NCBI GenBank assembly: GCA_030264375.1
Contig: JASCQW010000032.1
Span: 33,553,935 to 33,617,934 of the forward strand
Origin: Carcharhinus longimanus
Lineage: Eukaryota
Length of the DNA: 64,000 nt
Reading direction: 5' to 3'
Below the pieces are notes generated by a model. That model was not told where the DNA came from. It saw only the letters and a program-made list of their open reading frames with translations, and did not search any database. How positions within the stretch are numbered: position 1 is the first letter of the stretch; each line of letters begins with the position of its first letter. Below, one piece after another: positions 22,901 to 35,259 of the stretch. The translations under genes were made by a program, and so were the position numbers.

Positions 22901-25900
22901 TAGACATGGAATATTTGGAGAAGCATATCAGTCCAGTTGCCAAGGCTGAATATTAACACCAGGTCAATATACTTTTCCAAGCATGTTCAAATGACATGTT
23001 CTTTTAAAGCAGTATCAATTTTCTTGAAGTCACTTGGGTATTCTGCTCATAAATGAGAACGTAAACATTCCATTCAAAATAGGCAGATCTGCCTTTGTGT
23101 TATGGGGCATTTTGGGTTAAAGAAAACAAAATCATTTCCTGTTATCTGTGTTAAAGTTGGGAGTTCTGCACACGTCAAACTGGGCTAAAACATCTCAGAA
23201 CACCAATTAACAAAGCTCTGGCAATGTCAAGAATCAGTGAAAGGAAATAACACTCTTTATGCTGTACAGTCATTACTTTTTAAAATCTGATTCAATGTGA
23301 ATTTTTCCATTCTGTCCAGGATGTTGCCATGAATGAGCTCCAGAACTATTAAAACATTGGTTGGCTTAGGTCAGGTCATATGACCTGTTGACCTGGAAGA
23401 GAAGATCAGAGGCATGAGGAAATGAGCTGCCAGAAGCTGATTGAATTGTAAAAAAAATTCCAGTGACTAACTGTTCCAAAACAATCAGCCTCTTTTAAAA
23501 GAATTGAAGTATGAAATCACCATTTTGGAAGTGTAAATGACAATCAGATTCTAAAAGGATGTCTCTGTTAAACTACAGAATGTGTAGTGCATAAATTCAA
23601 TACTGTTGATTAAACACAGCCAAAAAAGAAGCAAGCAATGAACAGAAATGCTGTCATACTGTCTAAACTTTAACTCCAATCCAGGATTTAATATCAAGCA
23701 CAATGATGAATAATGTGATTGATTCTTAATTGCCCTCTGAAATGCAAGCTACTCAGTTGTATCAAACCTCTATAGAATAATATAATAAGAACAAAATTGG
23801 ACAGATCACCTGCCATTAACTGAGTAACCGGATACAATAAAGACAGTCACCTGAGCTAACAATGGGAGGTTGGCATTAAAATTGGAAGGGTAGTCCCATA
23901 GACTAGCCAAAACATCAGCCTGTTCTAATTGTGCTCTGGTTATAGTATACAGTCAATGTCCCAGACACCTCCATCAATATTCCTGCTTGTGTTCTGGCCT
24001 GCAGCAGGACTGACCCACTAGAGATACTGTCACCATTGTACAGAATTGGAAGGGAATGGCCCTGGAAGTTCTCAATATTCACTTTGCGTTCCATGATGTC
24101 CAATGCCATCAGCCCAACATGGGCAAGGAAGCCCATAACTGATTTTCATCCTCCGTTAGCTGACGAATCAATGTTCTTCCCCATATTGAGTATTACTTGT
24201 AAGAAACAGTGAGAGTGATAATGACACCAATGTACTCTGGGTGCAGGACTTCCATATCCATCTCCAAGAATGACTCTGTAGCCATTGGTTGAGACCTAAA
24301 GGACATAGCTGCCAGACTGGGCTGAAATTAGGTGATGAGGGAAACAACACAAGGGAAAATCTTACTTGATCTCATATTCAGCAATCAACCTATTCTTATT
24401 GCATCTATTGTTGCAAATATCTACTTTAAACCCATAAGATTTAGGATTCAATCTTTACTTACAGTAATTGAATTTTCATCTGAAGAAATATTAGGGTCTC
24501 TGGTTAAAACATTGGTAGGCATCTCAAGTGAATGCAATTCAAACAAGCCGAGGTTTAGTTTGTCTATGTTTATCTTACAAGATCTGAGTTGATAGTGTAA
24601 AAANNNNNNNNNNNNNNNNNNNNNNNNNNNNNNNNNNNNNNNNNNNNNNNNNNNNNNNNNNNNNNNNNNNNNNNNNNNNNNNNNNNNNNNNNNNNNNNNN
24701 NNNNNNNNNNNNNNNNNNNNNNNNNNNNNNNNNNNNNNNNNNNNNNNNNNNNNNNNNNNNNNNNNNNNNNNNNNNNNNNNNNNNNNNNNNNNNNNNNNNN
24801 NNNNNNNNNNNNNNNNNNNNNNNNNNNNNNNNNNNNNNNNNNNNNNNNNNNNNNNNNNNNNNNNNNNNNNNNNNNNNNNNNNNNNNNNNNNNNNNNNNNN
24901 NNNNNNNNNNNNNNNNNNNNNNNNNNNNNNNNNNNNNNNNNNNNNNNNNNNNNNNNNNNNNNNNNNNNNNNNNNNNNNNNNNNNNNNNNNNNNNNNNNNN
25001 NNNNNNNNNNNNNNNNNNNNNNNNNNNNNNNNNNNNNNNNNNNNNNNNNNNNNNNNNNNNNNNNNNNNNNNNNNNNNNNNNNNNNNNNNNNNNNNNNNNN
25101 NNNNNNNNNNNNNNNNNNNNNNNNNNNNNNNNNNNNNNNNNNNNNNNNNNNNNNNNNNNNNNNNNNNNNNNNNNNNNNNNNNNNNNNNNNNNNNNNNNNN
25201 NNNNNNNNNNNNNNNNNNNNNNNNNNNNNNNNNNNNNNNNNNNNNNNNNNNNNNNNNNNNNNNNNNNNNNNNNNNNNNNNNNNNNNNNNNNNNNNNNNNN
25301 NNNNNNNNNNNNNNNNNNNNNNNNNNNNNNNNNNNNNNNNNNNNNNNNNNNNNNNNNNNNNNNNNNNNNNNNNNNNNNNNNNNNNNNNNNNNNNNNNNNN
25401 NNNNNNNNNNNNNNNNNNNNNNNNNNNNNNNNNNNNNNNNNNNNNNNNNNNNNNNNNNNNNNNNNNNNNNNNNNNNNNNNNNNNNNNNNNNNNNNNNNTG
25501 GACTAAAACCTGGTGTTGTCAGACTTTTTACTGTGTTTACGCCAGTCCAACGCCGGCATACCCACATCATAACCTAAAGTAATTCAGAGACTGTGCATTC
25601 TGTATGTGAATAATTCACCTTCTCACTCCCCAAATCGTCTCCACCATCCCTAAGCTCAAGTCAGGAGTGTGATGGAATACTCTCCACTTGCCTGGATAAT
25701 TTCAACTTAACCAGCACAATAAACACTTGAACATTCACTCTGCACCATTGGTGCACAGTGGCAACAGTTTGTCTAATCTACTAGATGCAACTTGTCAAGG
25801 CTGACTTTGTGACTATTATTGCTTGAAGATCAAAAGGAAACAGGTGCAGGGGAATACCACAAACCTCAAGTTACCCTCCAAGACTCACATCATTGTGACT

Positions 25901-27799
25901 CAGAAACATATCACCATTCTTTCATCATCACTGGGACACGATTCTGGCTTTCCCTACCTAGCAGCATTGCAGGTGGACTTAAACCACACTGACTGCAATG
26001 GTTCAAGAACGCAGCTCTCTATCACCTTCTCCAGGATAATTACAGATAGGCAACAAGTGCTGGCCTTACCAATGATGCCCACGTCCCATGAATCAATAAA
26101 AAACAAAGTCAAAAACCAAATCCTTCTGCAGCTAGCAAACTTCTTGTTAATCTTCTCACTGATTCTTCAAAGCTTAGGTCGTGCTGGAAACACTCTGTTT
26201 ACCTTCAACATCCATTCAACAACCCAATTTTTATATCTTGGCATTGAACATCAGTAGTCTATTCAAACTTCAATTCTCTTCTTATCTGATGTAAGCTGTT
26301 ACGTTTAGTTATTTCATGGTAGATTTTTGGCCACTTGCTCAAACAGGGAATTGCATTGTATTGTGGTTCTGACTCACTTTCTGCTGCATTGGTTAAAATT
26401 TATTCGGGGCTTAAGAAGTTAAATCTGTGATTTATGCCCCAAAAGTACAACTAAATTAGAAATTGATTCATTGAAGGTTTGTGTTATACGAGAAAGCCCT
26501 GCCAGCAGTACAGGTGCATCTACAGAAGTCACAAAGATAAGTGTGTGTCCTGTTTCTATAACACTGATGGCAGATATTTAGGTGCAATGTATGGCCAGGT
26601 TCCATTTCTGAAAGTCAGCTCAAAAGAATGTTACCTGAGGACAGACTTATGAGTTCCAATAGCAACACCCAGATAAAACAATTGGTTTCAACCAGATTTG
26701 TTTTACTTTAAGCATATTGCTTTCTACCCAATAAAGGCATCTGGGGTTTCTATAAATTTTTGACTCATAACACTTCTCAAAAAAATGACAGAGACATATT
26801 AGCTTTTTCCAACACCCTGTTTCATAGAATCTTAGAATCAAGAATCCCAACGATGCAGAAGGAGGCCATTCGACCCATCGATGCTGCACCAACTTTCTGA
26901 CAGACCATCTTATCCAGGCCCAACCCCTTCCCACCCTTTTTCCGTAACCCTATACATTTATCCACTAATCCCCATAACCTACACATTTTGAGATACTAAG
27001 GAGCAATTTAGCATGGCCAACCCACCTAACCTGCACATCTTTGGACAGTGGGAAGAAACCGGAAGAAGTTTCTTAAAGCTTAGAAAGATATGCTTCTTCC
27101 CAAATGTAAAAATGAACATTTCAGTTCCAGGAGACAAGTTATTGCAAATAGCTTGCATTCTAAATAATAATCACTTAAACTGGAAAGAAAATCTCTTATT
27201 TCGGGTTGCTATAAAAGTTAGTAGATCCCAAAATGGAAGTGCACTGGGATTCATTAAGCTGTTTTCAGATGGCTTCTTAAGATATCCAAATGCACGCGTC
27301 TTGGCAAACAGAATTCAGATCCTTTTTCAAATACACAAACAGGAAATGGTACAATCCTCCCTGTAATTGGATACCTAATTATATGTAGATTTCATTGTTA
27401 AGTGTTGACTGTAAATTTGAGTAGGAGCCTTGCAAATATCCTGGTGTCATCACAACAATTACAAAAGAGATGCTTTGATAAATTGTAATGACTCAAATAT
27501 CATTTAAGAATGCATTCCATCCAATGCTGTATGTTTATTATCTTCTAAGTAATGGTCAATTACTTTTCAAATGTTAACCATTTGTTACTTTAAACAATTT
27601 CACAGTAGTTAAGTGTATTATAATTTTAAGTTTAAGTTTATTTATTAGTGTTACAAGTCAGCTTACATTAACAATACAATGAAGTTGATGTGAAAATCCC
27701 CGAGTCGCCACACTCCGATGCCTGTTTGGACACAGTAAGGGAGAATTTAGCATGGCCAATGCACCTAACGAACACATCTTTGGACTGTAGGAGGAAATC

Positions 27800-28863
27800 G
27801 GACAACCCTCAGGACTACTACCTGTACCACATGCTAGTGAGAGTAGGAATAGGAGGATTAAGCAGATGAATGCCTGACTTGAGAGCTGGTGCAGGGGGCA
27901 GGGATTTAGATTTTTGGATCATTGGGATCTTTTCTGGGGAAGGGCCGATCTGTTCAAGAGAGATGGGTTACATATGAACTGAAGAGGGACAAACATCCTG
28001 GTGGGGAGAATTGTTAGAGCCACAGGGGAGGGTTTAAACTAGTTTGGCAGGGGGGTGGGATCCAAAGTGGTAAGGAGATAGAAGAGAAGTTTGAGGACAG
28101 CACGGAAGTTAAAGAGAGCACATTAATTAGTAAAGGTGGTGTCAGTAATCCTAGTACCAGACACTTCAGAAAGAAGCAAGACAAAGAGCAAGGGAAGTCC
28201 AAATTAAACTGCATTTATTTTGATGCCAGAGGCCTGATGGGCAAAGCAGATGAACTCAGGGCATTGATGGATACGTGGGACTGGGATATTGAGAGCAATT
28301 ACTGAAACATGGCTATGGGAGGTGCAGGACTGGCAGCTTAATGAACCAGGGTAAAGATGCTATAGGAAAGATAGAACAAGAGGTAAGAGAGGAGGGGGAG
28401 TTGCAATTTTGATTAGGGAAAGCATCATGGCCGTACTGAGAGGGGATGTATCTTCAGGTTCGGCTACTAAGTCCAAATGGGTAGAACTGAGAAATAAGAA
28501 GCTTTCATAGGGTTGTACTCTAGGCCCCCAAATAGTCAGAGGGAACTTGAAGAGCAAATATGTAAGGAGGTTATAGATAGCTCCAAGAAAAATAGAGTGG
28601 CAATAGTCAGAGGTTTTAATTTTCCCAACATTGACTGGGACACCCATTGTATTAGAGGGTTGGATGGAGAGAAATTTGTTGAGTGCATTCAGGAGGAATT
28701 TCTCATTCAGGATGTGGATGGCCCAACTAGAGAGGGGGCAAAACTTTACATCCTCTTGGGAAATAAGGAAGGGCAGGTGAGAGATATGTTAGTGAGGGAT
28801 CACTTTGGGACCAGTGACCATAATTCTATTAGTTTTAAGATAGCTATGGAGAATGATAGGTCT
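27800..28863 (+). mobile_element. CR1 LINE: end of ORF1 (esterase-like) and ORF2 endonuclease
   Basis: DGLHMN-like ORF1 end; endonuclease motifs ITETWL, GGGVA, YSRPPNS, FNFPNIDW, PTREGA and DHFGTSDHNSISF; stops at an N gap. Confidence 0.9.
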
Positions 28864-31800
28864 NNNNNNNNNNNNNNNNNNNNNNNNNNNNNNNNNNNNN
28901 NNNNNNNNNNNNNNNNNNNNNNNNNNNNNNNNNNNNNNNNNNNNNNNNNNNNNNNNNNNNNNNTGGACCACCTCACACTTGCCAACATTAAATTCCATTT
29001 GCCATTTCCTGGCCCATTCGCCCAGCCTATCTAGATCCTTGATTTATGTTGCAAAGTAGAACAGCATGGACTGCAGTGATTCAAGGCGGCTCACTACCAC
29101 CTTCTCAAAAGGTAATTGGGGATGAGAATAAATGCTAGCCTAACCAGCAATGGCCATATCCCATAAATGAATAAAAACGTTCTATTTGTATATTTTCTAT
29201 TAATACTAATTAAATTTGCAGAAATGCACCATATCTAATGTGATTTCAGACATTCCCAGTTTTGTGACTTGCTTCTCAATAAAACAAAATTATTCGACTG
29301 TTAAGACTTGCTTTCAAAACAGAAAAATAAAACAGCTGCAAATTTACCAAGGGGGAAAAAAATTAAGTTAATTCAATCCAATTAGCCAACATTTTATAGC
29401 AAGAACAGGGAACACAAAGCTGCCATTCATTTTCTTCCTGGTCCTCTGTTTAAAACTGGGCACTACTGCAGTTATATTAAGAATTGCAGACAGTTATGAT
29501 ATGTAATAAGGTATTAATCGTTTCAGGTGACAAACTGGGGTGCGGAAAGATGGTTTGTGTAGCAGTGGGTTAAACTATTGTCCTCTCACATTAAGGACCA
29601 AGCTATGTCCCCAATAATAACAGCTTCTAGTGTTCTTTAAAACGGACTAAAAAATCGAAATGAGTTTCGGCAGACAACAAATTTCAAACTGGCACAACAT
29701 TAAATTGTCCATGGATCAGTAAAAATTTGGCAGATTTTTTTCCCCAATAGTGGATCACAATTTATTTAGTTATTGTTGCCAATCATTTAAATGAAGACAT
29801 ATTCATTAAATTGTAAATCACGAAACTTTATGGAGCTGAGTTTACAAAACATCAGAGTTGCTGACGTGGCAAGAGAAAATTTAACCCAGATGACTAAGAT
29901 GAGCAAGCAAAAGCAATGTTAAATTAGCTTCCAGCCATTTTTATACCACTACCTTGGTACGATTCCACTACACTTACAAAGGTGATCAAGACTAAGAGGG
30001 ATGACTGACTACACTGAACTACCTGTGGTTTTTGGTACAGTTGACCATGGCAGTTTCTCTTTGTCTTCTGCATTTCTCAATCCATCTTGCCCGAATGTAC
30101 AGCAATGGTTTCTCATGCTGCAGTGTTACAATCATCTCGAAGTCCAAATATTAACCTAGATTCTTTTCCTCATCTACAAACTACTCTTTTGTGAATCTCA
30201 CCCGCTGACAAAGAAGCAGTTTCCTTGTGTGCTGAGGATAACTAAGTTCTATCCCTCAATTTCTTTCTTCTGTGACAAATCTCTGTGTTGTTAGATTGCC
30301 CGATATCAGCATATGAACAAGTTAACATTAATTTCAAGTTAACATTTGGAAGACTGACAGCTGAATTGCAAACTTGCATCTTATTATTAAGATGGTTTAC
30401 TTCCACTTGAACATTGCCCATTTGCTGCCTCTATGACAGCTGATTGCTGCTGAAATTCAATTTTTTCACCTTGAGACTCACTTCAAGTTTTCTCCTGACT
30501 GGAATCCTATCATAAGCTCCAATCAAATCCAAACCTCTGCTTCCTTGTTCTGTCCCACCCGCCTATTTCTTCCATCCTTGCTAACTACAACGACCACCAT
30601 CACACAAATTTAAAATACTCCGCATCTCTTTAAATTTGCCCACAATCTTACCTTATTGCATTATCAAAAACTCCTACAACTGCATTTCTCTTCCCAGCAC
30701 CCTTCATTTCTGGGAGTTGATCATGTTGTACAATGTGTTTTCCCTTCCTCACCACTGATGACAATGCTCTCCTACTTTCATAAACTTCTTTCAACTTATT
30801 TTTCAGTGAACTCTTCTTGCTCTATGAGTTGCAGCCATTCTTTAGTCTTTTTCTTTTCGCCTCATCCTCCCCATCCTGACTCAGCATCTGAAAGCAACTT
30901 TGCATGCTCTCTGCACCAGAAGTGATACAATCAAACTGCTTATTGTGGACTTTTGTGTGACTGCAATTTGCTTACTGTACAAGATGGCTGGTAACCAGAG
31001 GGCTGAGAAACTGGAGGTGATGGGCAATGCAAGCATGGGACTATCTACTGTCATATNNNNNNNNGCTTTTCCAATTTAAATTTGCTTTAAATAATCCACT
31101 AAGCACATTTGGTAGAGTGGATCAGTCTGATCTCATGTATCATTTAATTAAAATCACTTATACAGAGGACACCCGGGCTAATGTCTGGATACTTTCCAAT
31201 GGTTTACACTTCTCTATAATTTACATGCAATTAGGAAACCAAATGCTACAAATGTTTTATTACATTTTTTTGAGCACATAAACTTTAAAATTCAATTTTT
31301 ACAGAGATCTGGGGAAAAAAGTGGCAGAGTGAGACATGATAAAGAATAATGAATGGCCTCCTTTTGTGTAACCATTCTGGGATTCTAGCTTTATTTATGC
31401 ATACTTGTTTACAATCAAAGCATTCTGAGTCCAGCCAAAAGCAAGTACATTAATTACCTCAGCGTACTACGCAACACTAAAGAGAGGTTTAATGTATATT
31501 GCAAAAATGAATCTGAATGCAGGCAAATGGTAAAGCCACTGTTTCCTGAAGAAAACAGTTAGAATAATTCTGGCATTAGATATTTAAATTTCAGAAACTA
31601 AAATGTAATTCAGGAATAAATACAACCATTTCTCCCAAACTAGAAGACAACCAGCAACATTAAAAGTGATGGATGAGGAACAATTTTCTTTTTGGCTGTC
31701 CATTTTAAATGTGGACGATCTGTATTTAAATACCAGTTCTTGTCAACTGACATGAGCGTATGCTACAGAATTCCATTTAAAAATCATAAACACATTCTAA

Positions 31801-31987
31801 AAAAAAATCAGTCTAGGATTTTGACACAGAAGATTTAATAGTATTCACAGGCAAATCAAAATGCTGAATTCAAATTCCTCCCTCATTCCAGAACTTGAGC
31901 TAGTGAACCTTGCGACTTGATTTTCATCCCATTTTTGGCTTCTATTCGCTCAATGTGTTAATAAAAGTACTATGGAACTTCACTCAC

Positions 31988-32141
31988 CATCTGCATCATT
32001 GGACATTTCTTTGGGTAACCTTGCAGAATGTGTCGCACCCAACCGTTCAGTTCCAGTAGACACTGTAATGCCAGTATTATTTATCTCTATTGGCACAAAC
32101 CGGGAAATGTCAATGTCATTGACTTGTGTTGCTTCTTCAAC
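31988..32141 (-). CDS. zc3h15: ZC3H15-like exon 9 (VEEATQVNDIDISRFVPIEINNTGITVS...SNDAD)
   Basis: Acceptor tgttttag|GTT after a 76-bp intron; matches VNDIDLSLYIP...TGITV. Phase-1 donor G|gtgagt; if unspliced it reads GGT GAG TGA, with the stop at 31982-31980. Confidence 0.88.
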
Positions 32142-32217
32142 CTAAAACAAAGACAGTTAGTTAAAAAACTATAATAAAAGCAAAATAGCAGTGGCCATTT
32201 TGTGCAACTGGAGTTAC

Positions 32218-32316
32218 CTCTTCGCCTTGTTCTTGGGGATACTGTGTTTCATCTGCTTCTTCGTCATCAGCACTAATTAAATCAGGTCTAAATTCANNNN
32301 NNNNNNNNNNNNNNNN
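32218..32316 (-). CDS. zc3h15: ZC3H15-like exon 8 (...EFRPDLISADDEEADETQYPQEQGEE); 5' end in an N gap
   Basis: Visible part 32218-32296 is open, donor GAG|gtaact. The acceptor and ~7 codons (expected ISGREVF) fall in the gap 32297-32362, so 32316 is an estimate. Confidence 0.88.
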
Positions 32317-32405
32317 NNNNNNNNNNNNNNNNNNNNNNNNNNNNNNNNNNNNNNNNNNNNNNAAGCACTATTTCAGTAAACAATAGAAAGAACAAGTTTA
32401 CATAC

Positions 32406-32552
32406 ACCAAAAGCTTTGCCAGCGTTGAAATCTGCTTTCCTCTTTTCCAGTTCTTGTAGAGCCTTTTCCGTTTTCTCATGTCTCTTCCTTTTTTTCCATT
32501 CCAAGAAAGTTTCTAGGGTGATTCTGGTTACATCTGGTCCCAGGGCTGCTCT
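32406..32552 (-). CDS. zc3h15: ZC3H15-like exon 7 ([27 protein letters not shown]...[11 protein letters not shown]), DFRP domain
   Basis: Acceptor tttaag|AGA, donor GGT|gtatgt; 147 bp; ITLExFLxWKKRK motif. Confidence 0.94.
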
Positions 32553-34445
32553 CTTAAAATTTAAATACAATATAATAATTGACACTTTTGCAAGCAAGAG
32601 ATACAGTCCAACTTTGTTATATGGATAAGGATTCAAGGTAATTCAAATGACGTATTTGTACAAGACTTTATAATACTGAAGAAATTGCAATTTGGTATAC
32701 CTGGAGGATTTTTTAAATATCTAGTGTCACCATGTGGTTAGAATGTGCATTGCAATTTTGAATGAACAAAATTAATTCAGATTAAACTGCCCATTAGTCT
32801 TACGATTTGTATTTTATCCTACTATTTTATATTACAAGAATTATTGAGTTTAATTAAATGAAGAGCAACCTAGTTAGTTTGATTCAATGAAATTTTCACC
32901 GGATATATGCCCCAATATAAATTGGAATCTTAAAAGCACAGGAGTTTTTTGTTCATGGGATATTGACATGACCTGCAAGCACATACTTATTGCCCATGCT
33001 AGCTGCTTTGAGAATGAGATGTTGGGCTGCTGGAATCTTTGCGTTGATGATGCTGCTAGGATGGTCTTGAAAAGAAAATTTTGGAAATTTAATCTGGTGA
33101 CATAACGAATGGTAATACATGTTCAAGTCAGAATACTCTGCGACTGGAGCTTGGAGTTGACTGTGTCCCATGATACTACTGTTGCTAATATTTCAAGTGA
33201 AGGTTTAGGGAAATGCTGTAAAAGTAGCCCTGGAGAGTTGCTGCAGTACATACTGAACATAGTACATGTGCAGTTTTACTGCTCCAGCAGGATTGCACAG
33301 AGTCTTCTGGCAGTAGTATAAAAAAATTGCCCCAGATACTGTCAGGCTTACTGAGTGTTGTTCTGGCTGCATGAATGCCATCACTCTCCTAACTTAAGCT
33401 CTGGTCAGAGTCTGAGGGGCCAGGGGAGTCAGCCACTCATACCTCACTAGGCAGCCTATGTTCTACTTACGTAGACACTCTAATGAAATGCCTGGCTAAT
33501 GGAGACTCCCGAGAAGTTAATGTGGAACAATCAACAATGCTGGCGTCATTGATAGTTCTTTTAAACTCTCTAGCACTGCTCTATTTCACTATATTCTGCA
33601 GCCTCTCCTTTCCTTCTCCTCTATGTACTCAATTAACTTTTCCTTGTATCCCAGTGAAATAATAAATCAAAAAAATCTGAGTTCAGAAAACCTGAATGCA
33701 GGAATCATTACCAAATAGTTCACTACTAATCTTATAATGAAATGAAGATTACTGACAAGCAGTTGAAGATGACTGGACCAAGAACACTAACCTGACAAAC
33801 TGCAATGTGACAACATGGCCAAATACAAGTAAATAAACTAAGAGGAAGTTGAATTAAATTTATGAACCCCCACCTCTTTCCCCTCCAATGGATGACTGGA
33901 AGGGCCAGTAAAATCTTGTAACAAACTAAAAGCAACTTTGACTCAACAACCAGGCTTGTTGTCAGGCAGATTTCAGAACAGTTCACATGACCCCTTCACT
34001 CTTGTCATTTTTTCTTAAATTGAAGATATGGCTTAGTGTTTCAGCACTAAGTGTTATAGTTGTAACAAAATCCCCACTTCTAGACTAGCACATTGCTTCT
34101 CATACAGAATGGAGAGTCCTAGATTCTGTGCAAATATGCCAGGAATATGAAAGGATAAGGCTTTCGTATGCCAGACTTATCTGGCAGAACATTATTCGGT
34201 CTTGGTTCAAAATTTAAAATATGGTTTTTATCAGAATAGGAGCACTTTAAAAGGGGCTCCAAAAGCAAAGAAAAAACTCCATTTTTGATTGAAGTAATTC
34301 CATAGATAAATAAACATCAAAAAATTGAAAACATTTCTGAAATATCAGCCTGCATATGAACAAATATTCATAGAACAATTTTTGCCATTTAGCCTAAAAA
34401 GACAGGAAGAGATGACGGTAAATAAAAGAAAATCTTTATTGTTAC

Positions 34446-34625
34446 CTCATTTTCTATCAAATCTTCTAATGAAATTTCTTCCTTTACTTCTTTTTTCTGA
34501 TTTTTCTTCAATATAAAGCCAGGTGGTAAGGCATGGCGATACATGCAATTGTCTCCTCCTCCTGGACACACCCAGAACCAGCCATATTTGTTATTCTCTA
34601 TGGCTTCAAGGAAATGTTTACATAC
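34446..34625 (-). CDS. zc3h15: ZC3H15-like exon 6, second CCCH finger ([37 protein letters not shown]...LEDLIENE)
   Basis: Acceptor ttag|GTA, donor GAG|gtaaca; 180 bp, phase 0; hallmark KYGWFWVCP...YRHALPPGF. Confidence 0.97.
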
Positions 34626-35259
34626 CTAACATGGGAATAAGGCAAAGATGATCCAATCATATCTTTCCACGCAGTTTTACTCATTGTAGACTGTACCAAT
34701 ATTTTAAGTTAATGCCATAACAAAGTAGGGTGATCATTTTCAATTAACTTTGAATTGCATATCAAAACTTGTAAACACAAAATGTGTGTTAAAATACACT
34801 TCACTCTAATGTACGAAGAACTTTTGAACAGAACTAACTCAACTTGTAGTGGTAGTGGGAAAGACAGTTGAGAAAAATAAAAGCAAATTATTCATGTTTG
34901 GTGGCAACACTCAAAGTTCGTTTTCTCACTCTCCTCCTCAAGGAACCAATTTGTTTTTAGCGTATGATTGCTACTGACCATGGTCCAGCTAAACTACTAA
35001 GTTTAAAGTCTATGAAAGCTTTTGAGTGCCATAACTGAAACTGGTAAACCAGGTGTGTTTATTTCCATTTCCAGAAGGAAATCAATGTGCCTCCCCAAGA
35101 TGGAATGTGAGGTCAAATTGTAACACATTTACGAATGTCTAACAGATCAGCTATCAAAGTGACCACTTGTGATAGTTTCTGCACTGCATGATCCCACAAT
35201 TCACTGAAAAAGAAAACCCCAATCTAGATTTTAATAAACATTCACGACTCAGCTCTCGT

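Noticed and set aside
24463-24583. Possible 121-bp minus-strand exon (SCKINIDKLNLGLFELHSLEMPTNVLTRDPNISSDENSIT) with a gtaagt donor
   Set aside because: Weak acceptor next to a gap, no recognisable homology, and its open frame is not phase-compatible with ZC3H15 exon 9.
24575-25570. 331-aa ORF in the ORF track
   Set aside because: Almost entirely an N gap. Other X-containing ORFs are partly gap artefacts too.
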